NCBI RefSeq assembly: GCF_964355755.1
Contig: NC_092679.1
Coordinates: forward strand, 2,820,201 to 2,884,200
DNA length: 64,000 nt
DNA from: Antedon mediterranea
Taxonomy: Eukaryota > Animalia > Echinodermata
Reading direction: 5' to 3'
Under the pieces are notes generated by a model that saw nothing but the letters and a program-made list of their open reading frames with translations, did not search any database and was not told the DNA's origin. The stretch's first letter is position 1; each line of letters begins with the position of its first letter. This document shows, piece by piece, positions 37,304 to 52,160 of the stretch. Both the position numbers and the translations under genes were made by a program.

Positions 37304-39769
37304 CTGCAAAGAAAAAGAGAAACATGTATCATAAATCATAATAATACGACGTTTTATTATTTATTAATATGTACCCTCTGAAATGCTATGTTCGTTATTA
37401 AAAATATCGTCACACCGATCAGCCAAACATTTGCTATGTTGGCATCTTAAGCTTGATTCTCACTTGCGACGAAACGTAACGCAACCTACGCAACGTAAGT
37501 AAATGCCCTTCCAATAATTGTGTTTTCCCCCGCTTGCGTGAAATCAAACATGCGATGTTTGTAGCACTATTGCGTCGTCGATTCCCACTTGTGATTACGT
37601 CAATACGTCGTAGCGTTACGTTGCATCCTAGTGAGAACCACGCTTAACCGGGACCATGCGTGCCGGCCCAAAGGCCTCTTTGTGGACAACAAAACCTCTA
37701 TTTAGGCAGGACGGGACAGATTTCACCAATACAACCCTGGTGAATCCTGTATCGTATATTGTTCATTAATTTAATAAATTGTGGCTACGCCCATACCAGG
37801 CCTATATTCACCGTGTCTAGCCGATCGAGATGGAATTATTTACGGCCCTGTGAAGATGGCATATCAGATACAAATCTTAAGCTTCGTATCACATTGGTGA
37901 AATAAATCCCCCTTACTGTTGTATTGTGATACGTAGTATAGCACCTGTCAGAAACCCCGCTCAGTTTACAATATCAACTGTACAAACATTTAGTAACAAC
38001 GTTTGAGGATCATAATATTACAGTACATACACATGTTACTTTAAATACATGTAGGCCTACTACTCCATAGTTCGTACTCTTTAAAAGTTGCATTATCGCG
38101 GCTCAGTCTAAAGCTTGGTTCCCACTGTGACGTAGCACAAGGGCGTACACACGCTGCACAATAGAATTGACCAATCAAAACCGATGGATTATTCGAACTG
38201 TCGATTGGTCAATTCGCTTGCGTTGCGGCTTACGTCCTAATTGCGTTGCGTTCAAATGGGAACCAAACTTTATAACTATCAACAAACACTATCTCTGTCA
38301 CAAAAATGAAGACGTCGCGTTTGTACAATCCTTGTTATGTATGTATTCAAAAGCCTTGCGTCGCGAAGCGTCACGGACGGCCCCACGAGAGCATTTTTAA
38401 CGCGTCTTGCGTCAAGTGAAGCATTCAACATGCTTAGGCACACTTATATTATTCATTATCTCCAGCCTGTGCAATCAATCATCTTTCTTTTAAAACATTC
38501 ACAGTTAACCGATTTTGATTCTAAATTAAATTAATTAATTTGTGACTCTAGTTTTTCTATATACACGTATAGCCTACTGTATATTATTATTATATATTTA
38601 TAGTCAATTTTCTTTATATAATTTGTAACGTTTCTAGTTCGTGTTTGCTATTTAACCTTTGACCGAATATTTGAGCAGACGCTTGACACCAGTTAATTAG
38701 TTCATAAATGATTTGCTAACGCACATGAACTAAGCTCTGTCTACACTATTAAACTTTATGTGAAAAAATGTGATGTGCCCATATATGGACATGATGATGT
38801 CGTACCACTACCATATTTAAGCTTATCTCTACCATAATTGGGCACATCAAACTTTTTTTTGTCAAACTAGTTTGATATTGTAGACAGAGCTTAAGAGAGA
38901 GCATAGTCACGTCATTGTCGTTATTATGTGTAACAGAAGTTATTATAAGTATAAAGATAAGAAACAATATTATTTCATTTGAAAGAAGGTAAAGGAAATT
39001 GCTAGTACGCATTGCAGAGCCTTGAAAAGTCTTAAGCAGTAAAAACGTCAACAATTCAACGGGCAGCAATAAAAATAGTGTAAACACACGTTTGGGTGAA
39101 ATTAGCCTCAAGAAATGTAAAAGACAAATTCTAAAGATTTGGTTATTAAAAAAAAAAATGACGTAAAAGTTAGTTGTCATTATAATGTTTACGTATAAGT
39201 GTAGGCCTAATAGCATCACCGAGTACCGTACACTTCGGGCTAAACTACGGTATCGAACGAACGCATAAATGAATTTGTTTTTATGAATTATTGAAAACAC
39301 ACATGAACGCGTAAAGGTCTGTTCTGACAGAAAATATTTAAAAAAAAATAAAAACTACAATAAAACATCTTTTTCATAATTAACAAATAAACACAATATT
39401 TGTATTTCATGGAGAACGTAAATAGATAATGTAGGCCTATGTTGTTATATGACCAAATTAATTTTATGTAGGATGGGCATGATACAGGCCACTAGCTCTC
39501 ATCAAATCCCTTTCGGTATATTTTATTTCAATGTGGCCTACATCTACACAGTAAATAAAGCTAAAATTGTGCCTTTAGTACAGGAGGACCATCCATCATA
39601 AACATGCTTTAAACACATACTTGATTTCGGTTTCCACTGAATCCAAAATTCTTAACGAAACTTAATTTATGTGGAATGTTTTCATCGCAATGTATGCAAC
39701 TGTATAACTACTATTAATCATGTTTTACTGAACTATTCTGCTAAGAAATACGTAGTAATATAAAGAAAG

Positions 39770-40615
39770 AAGTGAACAAGAGAAATTATCGAATTTTCCC
39801 ATGCCATAATGAGTTTAACCATTCGGTGTTCGGTTGGTGGACATTAGGCCTAAATCCCTCTTTTCTCCACAAAGTATCAGGTACCTCGGAGCAGAATTCT
39901 CCCAAACCTCTTTGTGATATAATCTAGATGTAAAACCTGGATATCCGTCCTAATTGGGTGGGAAAAGGTTCGGACAAATGGATAAGAAGAGTCCACATTC
40001 TCCTACAAGTTCCCTTAGTGAATGTTAGTACAGCGCTATTGTCTTGTACCGAATGATCATTGTGGTCTACGAGTTTATAGGTTGCAATGCTTTAGGCCTT
40101 TAAATGAATGTCTTAATATGTCTACCACTGTCTAAATGAATGAAGCGAAATTTATCAGGTAGGCCTACAATGTGTCCATGATGAGTTGAACCCTTCGGTG
40201 TTGAGGCGAGACACTAGGCCCAAATGCCTTTTTACCCACACAATATCAGGTAATGTTTCTGAATATCTCCCACTATTTAAAGTGACTTTTAACAATCTTT
40301 AGAATAGTATGACAGAAGTGAACAAGCGAAATCTAGTAGGCCTACAATTTTCACATGATGAGATACAATGCCTAAATATCACTACACACAATATCAGTAA
40401 TACTGAAATGTCACTGTCTAAAGTGAACAAGCGAAATCTAGTAGGCCTACAATTTTCACATGATGAGATACAAGGCCTAAATCTCACTACACACAATATC
40501 AGTAATACTGAAATGTCACTGTCTAAAGTGAACAAGCGAAATATCGAGTAAAATTATATATTGCTCAAATGACCAAGTTTAACCCTTAGTTGTTTGAGAT
40601 GAGATAATAGGCCTA
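39770..40615. repeat. Degenerate tandem/dispersed repeat with near-perfect 105-bp core units
   Basis: AAGTGAACAAGCGAAAT at 40316, 40421 and 40526; diverged longer copies near 39770 and 40135. Confidence 0.8.
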
Positions 40616-42299
40616 ATGAAAATGTCTACGGTACTTCTTTCTTTTTTTCTCTCTTTTGTGGGGGAAACCCACTTTTATTGCAATGATAAACAATATGGTG
40701 AAGGTTACAGTATAATATATGTCTATCTATCTATTTATCAATGAATATTTAAGTGATATTACACAGACAGAGGTTAAAAGATTATATAAAATATTTTGAT
40801 ATTGTGTTGAAATCTAGATAAAACAAACATGTATACAGAGAAAATTTATATTACAGAGCTAAAACGATATAAAGATTGATATTCAGTATTAAAAAGAGAT
40901 TTGATATAATATAAATATATATGATAAAATGGTATATTGCATTATAAGATGTTTTGTTTGAATACTTTTATAAAATTGTATAGTTTTACATTTTGAACAT
41001 AATATTGCTTTTATTATTAATATGATAAAATAACAAACGAATAAATATTGCAAAGCTAAACCCAAACCGAAGTATGGGGATACGCCCTCGTCGCTAGCCA
41101 GGTTTATTTTAATAGTTCTAGTTTAAATCCTGGCTAGCACCGTCTACTGTACATACGCTTTTACGCACATATATCACAGCTATGTCTGCATGCTGCGCTT
41201 AACAACACTGTCTAAATGAGTTTTAGCAAACCCTTAGAGTAGTACGGTAGTTCTTCACATCAAATAGATAAAACAAACCGAATAACAAACGATCGGTGAT
41301 TTCAATTATAGCACACAAGCCATTAGCTTAAACAGATAATGAATGACCACCATGCACTCTTATATCAATTATTAGCCGTTTCTCGGTAGGCCTACTATTT
41401 TCCCAGTATCAATTCCGTGGAAACACACAAAGCATGTATACCCATGGCCCAACTTTTAACATGATACATACGTCACATGTAAAACACACTTTGTCCTGTT
41501 TTACGGAATTTGCTTATCAGATACTGGAGAAATATTGTCATGTAGAGATCATCACATAACTTTCCATGATACAGCATCACATGTGAAACACACTGTGCTC
41601 TGTTTTACGGATATTGCTTATGATACTGTAACAATACTGCCACTGCAGATCAGCACGCAGAATCGGGTGGTTATTGTGTCTAATATCAAAACTGTTTCCA
41701 AATTGTAACGGCTGGTCATAAAACCTTCATATATATCTATCTAATATAGTTCAAGTCAGCGTTTGCTAAATTGCATTTGATTCTAATAGTGTGTCTTGTT
41801 TTATTAATTGCTAAGTGTACGTGTACTGCTTAACAAGTGGATCTAGATTTGAACTAAATTTTAAAGCCTACATACGATTATGAGATCGCACCCGAATAGA
41901 TTCAATATCATGGGCGGGGAAAGGGTGAAGATTGAAAGCCTGCATGCAATTCTACTAGCATCTTGAAACTTTCATGCTGAAGCTAAAGCTTGGTTTGCAC
42001 TATGACGCAACGCAAGGACGTAGACACAACGCAAGCGAGATGACCAATGGCAAGCGACAGTTCGATGATCCATCGCGTTGCGATTGGACAACTCGATTGC
42101 GTTGCTCTTACGTTCTTGCGTTGCGTCCTAGTGGGAACCAGGCTTAAAGTGTGGTTCCAAATACAGACGTAACGCAAGGACCTATAGGCGCAACGCAAGC
42201 AATTTGACCAATCCCAGGCGATGGATTATTCAAACCTTCGCTTGTCATTGGTCAACTGGCTTGCGTTTACGCGTACGTGCTTCCGTTGCGTCCCATTGG

Positions 42300-42300
<1 letters not shown>

Positions 42301-42381
<81 letters not shown>

Positions 42382-42620
42382 TTAGGTATTTGTATAGCAC
42401 CAGAATCAACTAAACCGAAGTAAAAATCAAAGGCGCTTATATTGGATGTTAAAAAGATGCGTTTTAAGTTCTTTTTTAAAAATAGCAATATAAGTTGAAT
42501 AAGTAAAATGACGAGGGAGAGAATTCTAAAGAGAAGCAGCAGAGAACATAAAAGACCTTTGTCCATAAGATTTGGTGTTAATTCTAGGAACAAGTAGTAG
42601 GTTTTGATCAGCCGAACGAA
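42301..42620 (-). mobile_element. L2/CR1-group LINE 3' end with (ATT)n tail
   Basis: Minus strand reads LRSADQNLLLVPRINTKSYGQRSFMFSAASL*NSLP...FKKELKTHLF, followed by a short 3'UTR and about 26 ATT units (AAT run 42301-42380). Confidence 0.82.
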
Positions 42621-43079
42621 GACAAGCTTATGTCCTTGCGTTGCGTTCTATCAATTCAACCCTTGTTAGGGAGTGTAATAGAAAGACACCCCTCGTGTTT
42701 GTCTCCCGACTCTTGGTTCAACGCAAATGACATTTATATCACCCCTAACAAACGAACATGCCCGCAACAGATAACGATCCCTTAATACAATTTTGACAGC
42801 ATGTAATATTGCTGTCAACTCTTTCAGTTTTAATAAAGAAGATTGGATCTATGAATGTAAACTCTTTTAGTTTTAATATATTAGGAGATTGGCTATTATG
42901 AATGTATATTGTTGAACGCCAGTCAGTCACACAATCGGTTACAAAGGTTTAGCCCGAAGGATAATAGAAATCATGTATATTATATTCCTCCTCAGCTCTT
43001 GGTCACGTTTCAAAAGCAATCATTATTAATTGTTGTATATCTTATGTTTCTCTGAATAATATTAGCATAGAACGAGTAA

Positions 43080-43237
43080 AGCTCTGTCTACACTACCAAA
43101 CTATGTGACAAAAAAAATGTTATGTGCCCATAGTGGGACATGATGATCATATCACTACCATATATGGGTATATCACTACCATATTTGGGCACATCACACC
43201 TTTTTTGTCAAACTAGTTTGATAGTGTAGACAGAGCT
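43080..43237. mobile_element. MITE family A copy
   Basis: Both TIRs intact, TAA target duplication. Confidence 0.88.
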
Positions 43238-46200
43238 TAAGAGTTATAATGTATGACTGGAGCATGTTATGTTGGAAAGGTATTAATAAAGATATCGATT
43301 ATCGATCAAGGTTGCTTTATTTGTAACTGAAATGACAGGCAGAGGATAGAGGATACAATAATCCCTCCTCCCCATCCAAAAATTGGGTCTGTATGTTTAC
43401 ATATTTTTTAAAAGATAATAATTTTAAAAAAAGATCGTATTTATGTTTTGAACTCCAATTAATCGTTTGGGGAAATTAGGTGATTTTTTTCTGGTGTATG
43501 TAATCGACCGACCGCGGTTCCCCTTCACCATTTTCAATCGGTTTGACCCTTATTCACACCAGTGAACTCCTCCAAAGCAGTGTAAGAACTTACTTTTGTG
43601 AAAGGTTACCACTGTAGTAACGTGTAAATTAGTTCCATAATTAAATAAAGCATCATGTTACCTCTGCTAATAAATATTTTAATACTAATTATGCAAATAT
43701 GGAAACATGGCTGATAATTGATATCTACAGAGACCGTATAGAAATGGCATTTTGACAACTTCTCGGAGTAGGAGGGGGAAAATTGACACATTTTTGGTTA
43801 CTTACTTTTTTCTGGTGCTCCTTAGCGGCTTTTATTATGCCCATTGAGATCGCGACATAAATCCTGCGACTATAGAGTTTCATAAATGTGCTTGGAATAA
43901 TTTCAATCCAAATTCAAACAATAAAATGATTTCATACGGCAATGTTGACTATAGCAAAAGTAGTAACAACCCGTCTTTACTACACATCTAGACTGAACAC
44001 TGCTGTAAATGAGATTATCGCGGTTTGAAGCCATGAACACACTGCTACATTTGAATAATCCCTTTTAAATTACAATTCCAATATATGTTCGATCACACTT
44101 CATGTTGTAGAATTATTTCCTTGTGCGATATGCATTTCCTAAATCCAATATGACCATAACTAGTATCTGTAATACATTGTATGGATCATCATCCGTGCTT
44201 TCAAATTATCCAAATGTTGTTTTTAATTTCTGATAAACCCTTTCTTCGCAGTAGGCCTGCGCGGCGGTCACATTCCAAACGATGCTTTGTCAGCCGCGCG
44301 GTTGATCCATGTACCGTTCCTGTTCACTGCTCTCAGCAATATATTGAAATGGATTATGAAAATTTCAAGATATTTCTTGTGAATATATAGAATATCTTAA
44401 TTCCTTTCTCCTCAAAACTATTTGCTGATACAGCATTCTGATTCGTTAAGTATACTACTTAGTCATGCTTGAGTGGTTCTTTAAATAGAGAATATTTTTT
44501 TACAAAGTTTGTAGAAAAAGGGTATATATAAATATTATTTGTCAATACTCATAAATACACGGATCAGTAGACGTTAATTAAATGAATTTATACATTAAAA
44601 AAAAAAAAAATTTATACATAAAAAAAATAAATTTGAACAGGATAAGCCAAGCCGACCAGCGTTAGTATGGAACGTCATTTGCAATAATTCACTCTGCACT
44701 TTTGTTCTTAAGTGATAAAAGACAAGAGATTTCTTTGATGCAAACCTCAATAAAAAGCACACAGGTGTTACGATCAAGATTTATATATGTATTATTACTA
44801 TTTGGAAACTTATTCTTTGTCATTAAAGTACTCGAAAACAATAGCATTAATGAATTAATAAGTATGTACTCTGTATTCTGATCTAACCTTTTCGTGGATT
44901 TCTAGGACGAACTGTCCACTATAATCACTTCCCATTATTGACACAATAAATACGCGATCACTGAATGATTCTACTGCAGTTACTGCAGCAGCAACACTTT
45001 GCTTACTCGTAAACCTGTTTATGAAATGATTTAGCAATGTGTAATCATACACACTATTTATTGCAGTGACAGCATCGTAAACTCCTATTAACGAAACAAA
45101 CTAATGATGAAAATACGTTATTGCAGTAACTGGTCAGAGTGGTCAGTCGTAACAGTAACGTTCCACCAGTCAATTAACGATTCATTATTATTATTATTAA
45201 TCTGACTAATTTATTTATTTATGACTAGTTACATTAAGGTATATTATATGTCGTTATACTTAATACACTATAAAAAATACAGAGAAATCGTTTTTCTGTT
45301 TTGTTTATTTTCCATTTCCGGTATTTCTAAGTAGCATATTTCTAAATGTTTCACGACGTAAGTGAGATTTTTTTTTTTGAGTAATGTAAAATATACTTAG
45401 TCGCGTTTGTGGTGCATTAGTGTGCTCTAATGAAATCCTTCTAATAAATTCTCAAATCGGTTTGTTTGTGAAGTTAAAAGAAGCAATCTAGCAAAAGCCA
45501 GTGTGTAGGCCTTAAACATACTCAAATGTTTGTTGAACTAACTCCCATTAGTACAGTAAATACTGCAATTGTCAGTTTTATTCGTAAATTTGTCACTGAA
45601 ATAACAACAAAAGTGACAAACCACAAACAAAACTCACAAAAAACACACATTATTTTCCATAATGGAAGTCGGGTAGTGTATTTTCATACAGATAGTTCAA
45701 CTTTATTTTAGCTGATTCTCATTACATTTTTAAATATTTCAAAAAAATGCTGCTCGACTTTTTGACGTAACAGTTCTGATTATTTTTTTTTTTCTTCATT
45801 AAATGATGTTTTTTTTAATATAAAAAATATGGTTTAATATGAGTAACAAGACCAACTACACATGCATCAGTCGAACAATCGAAATACGGTACTAATTTTG
45901 AGAATTCGCACACTCGCAGAATGCACTTATAGGCTACTATAATATTATATCAGGGAATTTTACAATTTATGTTTACTCCCTGCTCTAGTGTAGTACACAG
46001 TGGGAAGGTTTCTCGCAGAATGCACTAGGCCTACTACTAGTATTAATATCAGGGAATTGTACAATTATTTTTACTCCCTCTGATCTGTTAGTAGGCCTAC
46101 ACAGTGGGAAAGTTTTTTTGTCGAATACACTATGCTAGTAGTAGGAAGGCAATATTATTATGCTACCCTTGGCTTTGTCGTCTGCCAGGCACGTGCGCGG

Positions 46201-49200
46201 GATCACAAGTCAACTACTGACAGTTGTAACAGCTGATGACAACAGCGAGTCTGTATAACAATATTAATGTGTTGTATGTACTACTACAACAGTGTGTCGT
46301 TATATAACACCTTTAAACATGGTTCTTTATAATATTTGCTATAATTTGATAATAATGTATAGGCCTATACCAACATTTCAATTATTAATTTATATTATTA
46401 TTGATACTAACGGTAACATTTATTATCGAATTCGTGACAAAAATGAATAGTCCCATGGGTCTAGCATGTGGGATGTATGTGTTATTGTTTGTTTGGTAAA
46501 ATCCGGAATAAATTGAATGGTATAAAAATGTCAGAATGATATTATTTTGGTCTCAACTATTAGCTGATTCTCGGTGTAATGTATATACATTTGTCCAATA
46601 TCATAGGCAAATTCTGTGAAACACACAATGCCTATATCCGACAACATGATGTCTGTATTGCAGAATCATCCTATGATTACTGGAGATATATTGCCTTATG
46701 TGGATATATTACAGCACTCGTAATCGGGTGGAACAACTCAGAATTACAGTATCATAAATTCGGTCGGCTGCAGCTTAATATTATATACAGCAACCAATCA
46801 ACGATAATGCATAACAAATGCTATTTGTTGTCATATATTAATTGGTACTTGCATGTCCATCATTATTATAAAACTACAGTGGTCCTTCACTACTAATGAA
46901 ACAACAGTGAAACACACTGAATCGAATCTGATGGACAGACTTCTGGCTTCTTAAGATCAGGCCTAGATATTAGACATGCTCCTGCGTGTACAACACATCT
47001 TAAAGTTCTGTCAACACTATCAAACTAGTTTGAAACAAAAAAAATGATGTGCCCAAATATGGTAGTAATATGTCATCATCATGACCATATATGGGCACAT
47101 TACATTTTTGTGATCATACAAAGTTTGATAGTGTAGGCCTAGATACAGCTTATCCGAATTGGGAGTTGTTTCCAGCGAGAGTGAGGAAAACATAAAGCGT
47201 GGGTAAAAAGTGTTTTTTAAATATCATGAACCTTATTTTATAGGTCCACCATGGATGGTACCGGTAACATAGTCTAGGTTCTAGACGGAGTTTCGACTTA
47301 ATATTAGTACAAATTAGTAAATATTTTGGCACATATGGCGTTTCATACGTATACTACTTGAGCTCGTATTCGTAAAAATGGTAAAGCCGACTGGTGGATT
47401 ACATAAAAAAAGGCTACAGACTTGAGGCAAGCCTACTGTAACCATATAATTTCACCCTATCTGCATAAAAAAAAAGAATGTTTTTGATATTAATAATTCT
47501 ATGATAGTAAATAATATGATACATTTGGATCAGTAATTCAATATGAAAAAGAGATACTATCTATCCGTGGATTGGATTTCCAAAAAACATATCGTATTTG
47601 TTTTCATTTTTATCTCATAAGAGATGAAATCGTAAAACTAATTCTTCTGTGTAAAAGAAACGTATCAATTGCCAAAATTGACGATTGATATAATTATGTT
47701 GTTATTGATAAATATGATAATAAATCGTGTTAAAATCTAAGACACAAACAAAAAGGCCAGTCTTCTTTCCCTCATCCAAACTGGACTATGCGTCACATGT
47801 ATGACTACCACGTAAATAACCCTCAAATTAAGCGGGTACTGATTGATTTTGATTGATTTTATTCGATATTCATACATAAAAGTTTACTTTACTCTCCCCC
47901 ACCCACTCCAATTACGGTCATTTTGATAGAAACATCTTTAGAGGGAAACAGTGGACTATTTAGACGCCATTTTGTCGCTATATAGTATCCAAGATGGCGG
48001 ATAATGTTTCATAGCCTAATTCATAATTTCATAAAAACACTCCCAGTACAATTACGGTCATTTTGATACCCCATGTGTATGAATATATGTAATAGAAACA
48101 ACATTGTGTGACGTAAAACACAACATTGTGTGACGTAAAACTCCACCCATTACTGTCTATCTATAACTTCTGTCTAAGACAAACACGAATATGCATATGT
48201 AAATTAACCATAATGTAATAATTATGTAAACAATGTTGGTATTTATGGCTGCCAAATGGTTGACATGAAAGTACATGAGAAGATTAAAGGGGCATTGTTG
48301 GCCTAGACTGATGTTATTATCTCATTACGTTTTTTTTGTAGTGGACGTAAAGTATACCTTTAATGACGTCATTGCGTTTAAGATACATATAACAAAGAAT
48401 ATACCATATACCATCGAACCCTTATTAGGGGGACACATTTGGGGCCCAACTTAACAAAGCGTTCCTAAAATAGAGTTCGCCACATAGTGGTAAAATATCG
48501 TTCATTCCACACGTTTTCGCAATATTGTTTCGTTCCCACGGAATTCTGTATATGATTTTCCATTATTTAACAAAAGGGCGCCGTCTTCCGTTCCGTGAAA
48601 CGGAACAAGTGTGAATGTATCTTAAAGCTTGGTTCCCACTAGGACGTAACGCAATGACGTAAATGCAACGCAAGCGTGTTGATCAATGACAAGCGTCAGT
48701 TTGAATAATCCATCGCTTGTGACTGGTTAACTAAATTACGTAGCGTTACGTCCTTGTGTTGCGTCTCTAGTGGGAACCACGCTTTAGTAGGGGTGTCTCT
48801 CGAATAGGAGTGGCGCCTGAATATAGGGATGGCCGGCTGTGTACGTTAACACACATTAACCGTATAATACATTGACTAGTTGGCAAAAAACTGGCGTCTT
48901 GTGTTGAATAGTGAAACAACAATAATCGAATCTGATTTTTGTCTAAGATATATTATTATAAATTTATGAATTGTTATAGGCCTATATAAGAAAACATAAT
49001 ACATTGTAACGTGTTCTTATTCGTTAAGAACTCATTGGATGACATAGTTCATCCAGCGTTGTTCTCTTCCCACTGCGTTACTATTAATTCTCTAAAATAA
49101 TTACATTAGTGATAACATTAAATAAACATGCGTCATATTCCTATATGATACAGTACCGAGAATCTGTTTATCCGAACAAATCTTTAATTATGTTTCTGTA

Positions 49201-50851
49201 GCCTAATATATTAGTTAATGAACGAATTGATTAATAAGAAAACATACTGCAATGATTTATTGACGCGATACAAAATAATGCGTACCTCGTACAGAGATGT
49301 GTCAAAGGTCATTACATGTTGCGTGTATTCAACTTTACCACTATGTACGTAAGCCTATTGTATGCACCTTGTCTATCCTGTTTATATTATTATTAACATA
49401 ATACTCTCGCGTTTAACTTAGACAAATTTATTTGCGCGAATCTAAAGTGTTCACTAATGCACATGCGTATTAATACATTTGCTTTTTCTGAAAAAATGCG
49501 CAACCAATCATATTTCAGGAATGTTCGATTCGCGCGAATATATTTGCTAACGGAAAATAGGCTTTAAAGCAAAGCACTTACTGATGATGTCTATTGCACC
49601 ATTTTATACGTGCACGTCACATGATATCATACGTTACGAACGTTACATTTATACGTGCACGTCACATGATGTTGATCGTATACGAACGTTACATTTTTAC
49701 CGGGTACCCATTTAATTATAATCATCGGTTGTATGACTCGAGCGCAAGTCTACATCAATTTGCTGAGGGCGAAATTGATACTGTGACTGAACAACGACAA
49801 GCAAATACGCTACTCAGTATATGATGTAGAGAAGTCCCCGGATCAGAGTCCTATACTGGGATCATTACTGTCCTTACAAAATAAAGAGGAGAGGAACTGC
49901 ATGGTCTATTGCATTTAAATACAGTATATTTACAGGAACAAGTTAGATTTACTCTAATTTCTTTCGTTATTTTTCATTTTTCATAACTCTCTTTCAAACT
50001 CTGACAAAAAAGGATGAGCTAAATGTAGATTTGTATTTCTCCTTTCACCTCTACATAATATAATAGTTAAGCAAGTTCACATTTAAATAAACATTTTGTC
50101 GTATTTTGTTATCAGGAAGACAACATAGACCTACATTTTACAGTCTTTTAATTTGCGCAACATCATTATGTTGATTCTCAGTATATACAGCATGGAAATC
50201 ATGATTTAGATTGCCTGTCAGACGATTGCGTATGAAATAGATATTGTAAACCTAATACATAATTAGAATCTATCTCAATAAGAAAGCCAACAAAACCCTT
50301 TATTTTCATCATATAACTCAATATTAACATTTGAAAAGGAAGACACTTCTTAAGTGCATAATTAATCTCGAATAGAACTAATATAGTATCGAATAAAAGC
50401 GCAAATATGTATCTTATATACGGTACTTACCTCCGATAGACGATGAAAAAAGTTAGGCTCTGACATCGTTTGTGTATTACTATGATTAGATTTTCACTGG
50501 GTACCGTTAAAAACTCAAAACATTCGTTTTAGAATATATAGACTTTAGGTCATTTTAAATTTCGTAAAAACATTTTAAAATGTGTACACTGCTTATTGAT
50601 TCATTAGGCTGTGTTAAATATTTTCGCATTTTTCAGTTTAAACTAATAACGTTAATAGAAAGTAATGCTGTCAAATTGTCATTGATTAAAGATTGATATA
50701 ATTCAAAAGTGTTCCCACATACTAAAAACCGATTCAGACCAGAGAGTATAGCGCCCCCATCAAGTTTACGCGCGTGTACTGCAGTAACAATAATTTAAAA
50801 AAAAATCATATCTTTTTTATTCCGCGCGTGCTCCCCACTCCTCCCTAGCCA

Positions 50852-50985
50852 CGTGATTTACGCGCGGGAGCCAATTACGTCGATACAAACGTGATTTACG
50901 AACGGGCGTCAATTATGTCGATACCAAAGTGATTTACGCGCGGGCGTCAATTACGTCGATACCAACGTGATTTACGCGCGGGCGT
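50852..50985. repeat. CpG-rich 38-bp tandem repeat (about 3.5 copies)
   Basis: Unit CGTGATTTACGCGCGGGCGTCAATTACGTCGATACCAA at 50852, 50890, 50928 and 50966. Confidence 0.9.
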
Positions 50986-51944
50986 ACTATAAATACACAT
51001 TTTTCTATCCATCAAACAGAATTGTTCACGGCCAACTATGATCCCTCCGTTCGTGACATTATTATGCAAATTATTTAAAAATAATTAACAAACTTACGGT
51101 ATTTCGAGTTTTCAACATATCATCGGTGCATAAATCATTGAGTGAGTTGTAGAAGAACGATACCTCGTAGCGCGAACTGTGGTGCGCGCGCTACACTACA
51201 CATCGAATGAATCATCGCATGTTGTAGTAAATAAAGTCAGATTTCGTTGAATACAAAAGATATCACAATCAGTGTGTGAAGTTTGACAATACAGCCGCCG
51301 CAATTACGCTCCACGAATGAAGAGATAATGGCTTTATGTCACACTGTGTACTTACTGTACGGTATATTACGAAGTAAACACTGTGTTATACGAAGTCTTT
51401 CTCATTGGTAAATTTACTATTAATGGTCAATTAATATTTCATCCTAAACATCACTTACGAGATTGGTTTCCAAACCACGGGGAGCATTGCTGCAGCTGCG
51501 CAACGTGTACGTAAATACATTATAATACAAGGCTCAAAGAAATAAGATGGTAATATTGGTAATAGGAAATTCCGAAGTGAAGAGCTATAGTTGATGAAGA
51601 GTTTGGACAGCTTGGCTCATTCGGGTGAAAGTGTAAAGTTTATCGCGACTGTTGTTTTTAATCGTAAGTTTGCTGTGGATGCTGATTGGTTGGTGAACTT
51701 TGTACCCAGTTTGAGCCTCCATTCATTGATTGGTCAAGAGGACGAGGAGAAAAAATGAGTAGGCCTACCGTACTTTTTTACTTAGCAGGACGTCATTAAT
51801 TAAACACAGGTGAGATAGGTACCAATTCTGTGCTCATGGGGTGTAGTTTTTAATGAATGAATTTATCCCGCCTACTTTACGCGAGTTCATAATGTTCGTT
51901 TTCGGATGATTCATCGCTAATTACGTCATTGCGTTGCGACCTAA

Positions 51945-52160
51945 AGCGTGGTTCCCACTAGGACGCAACGAAACGACGTACGGTATCGACGCAAAGTGCT
52001 GTATTGCGTAATCACAAGTGGGAACCGACGACGCAACAATGCTGCAAAATAAAATAGCAGGTTTGATTTCACGCAGGCGGGGGAAAACACAATTATGGGA
52101 AGGGCATTTTCTTACGTTGTGTAGGTTGCGTTACGTTGCGTCGCTAGTGGGAACCAAGCT
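51945..52160. mobile_element. MITE family B variant with a different internal sequence
   Basis: Same AGC(G/T)TGGTTCCCACTAG termini; internal sequence shared in inverted orientation with 37450-37644, 32030-32185 and 34390-34555. Confidence 0.85.

Noticed and set aside
38040-38093. Further candidate bestrophin first exons (MQLLKSTNYGV... here, MKIHYPTSIMENN near 45650-45690)
   Set aside because: In phase 0 but with weak donors and no other support; consistent with chance.
38749-39300. 183-aa minus-strand ORF
   Set aside because: The 3' quarter is a family A MITE and the rest is low-complexity AT-rich sequence with no recognisable domain.
40299-40551. Paired ORFs with a 35-aa repeat
   Set aside because: Consequence of a 105-bp tandem unit; no splice or homology support.
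42267-42593. Poly-leucine 108-aa ORF
   Set aside because: Translation of the (ATT)n tail and a wrong frame of a LINE 3' end.
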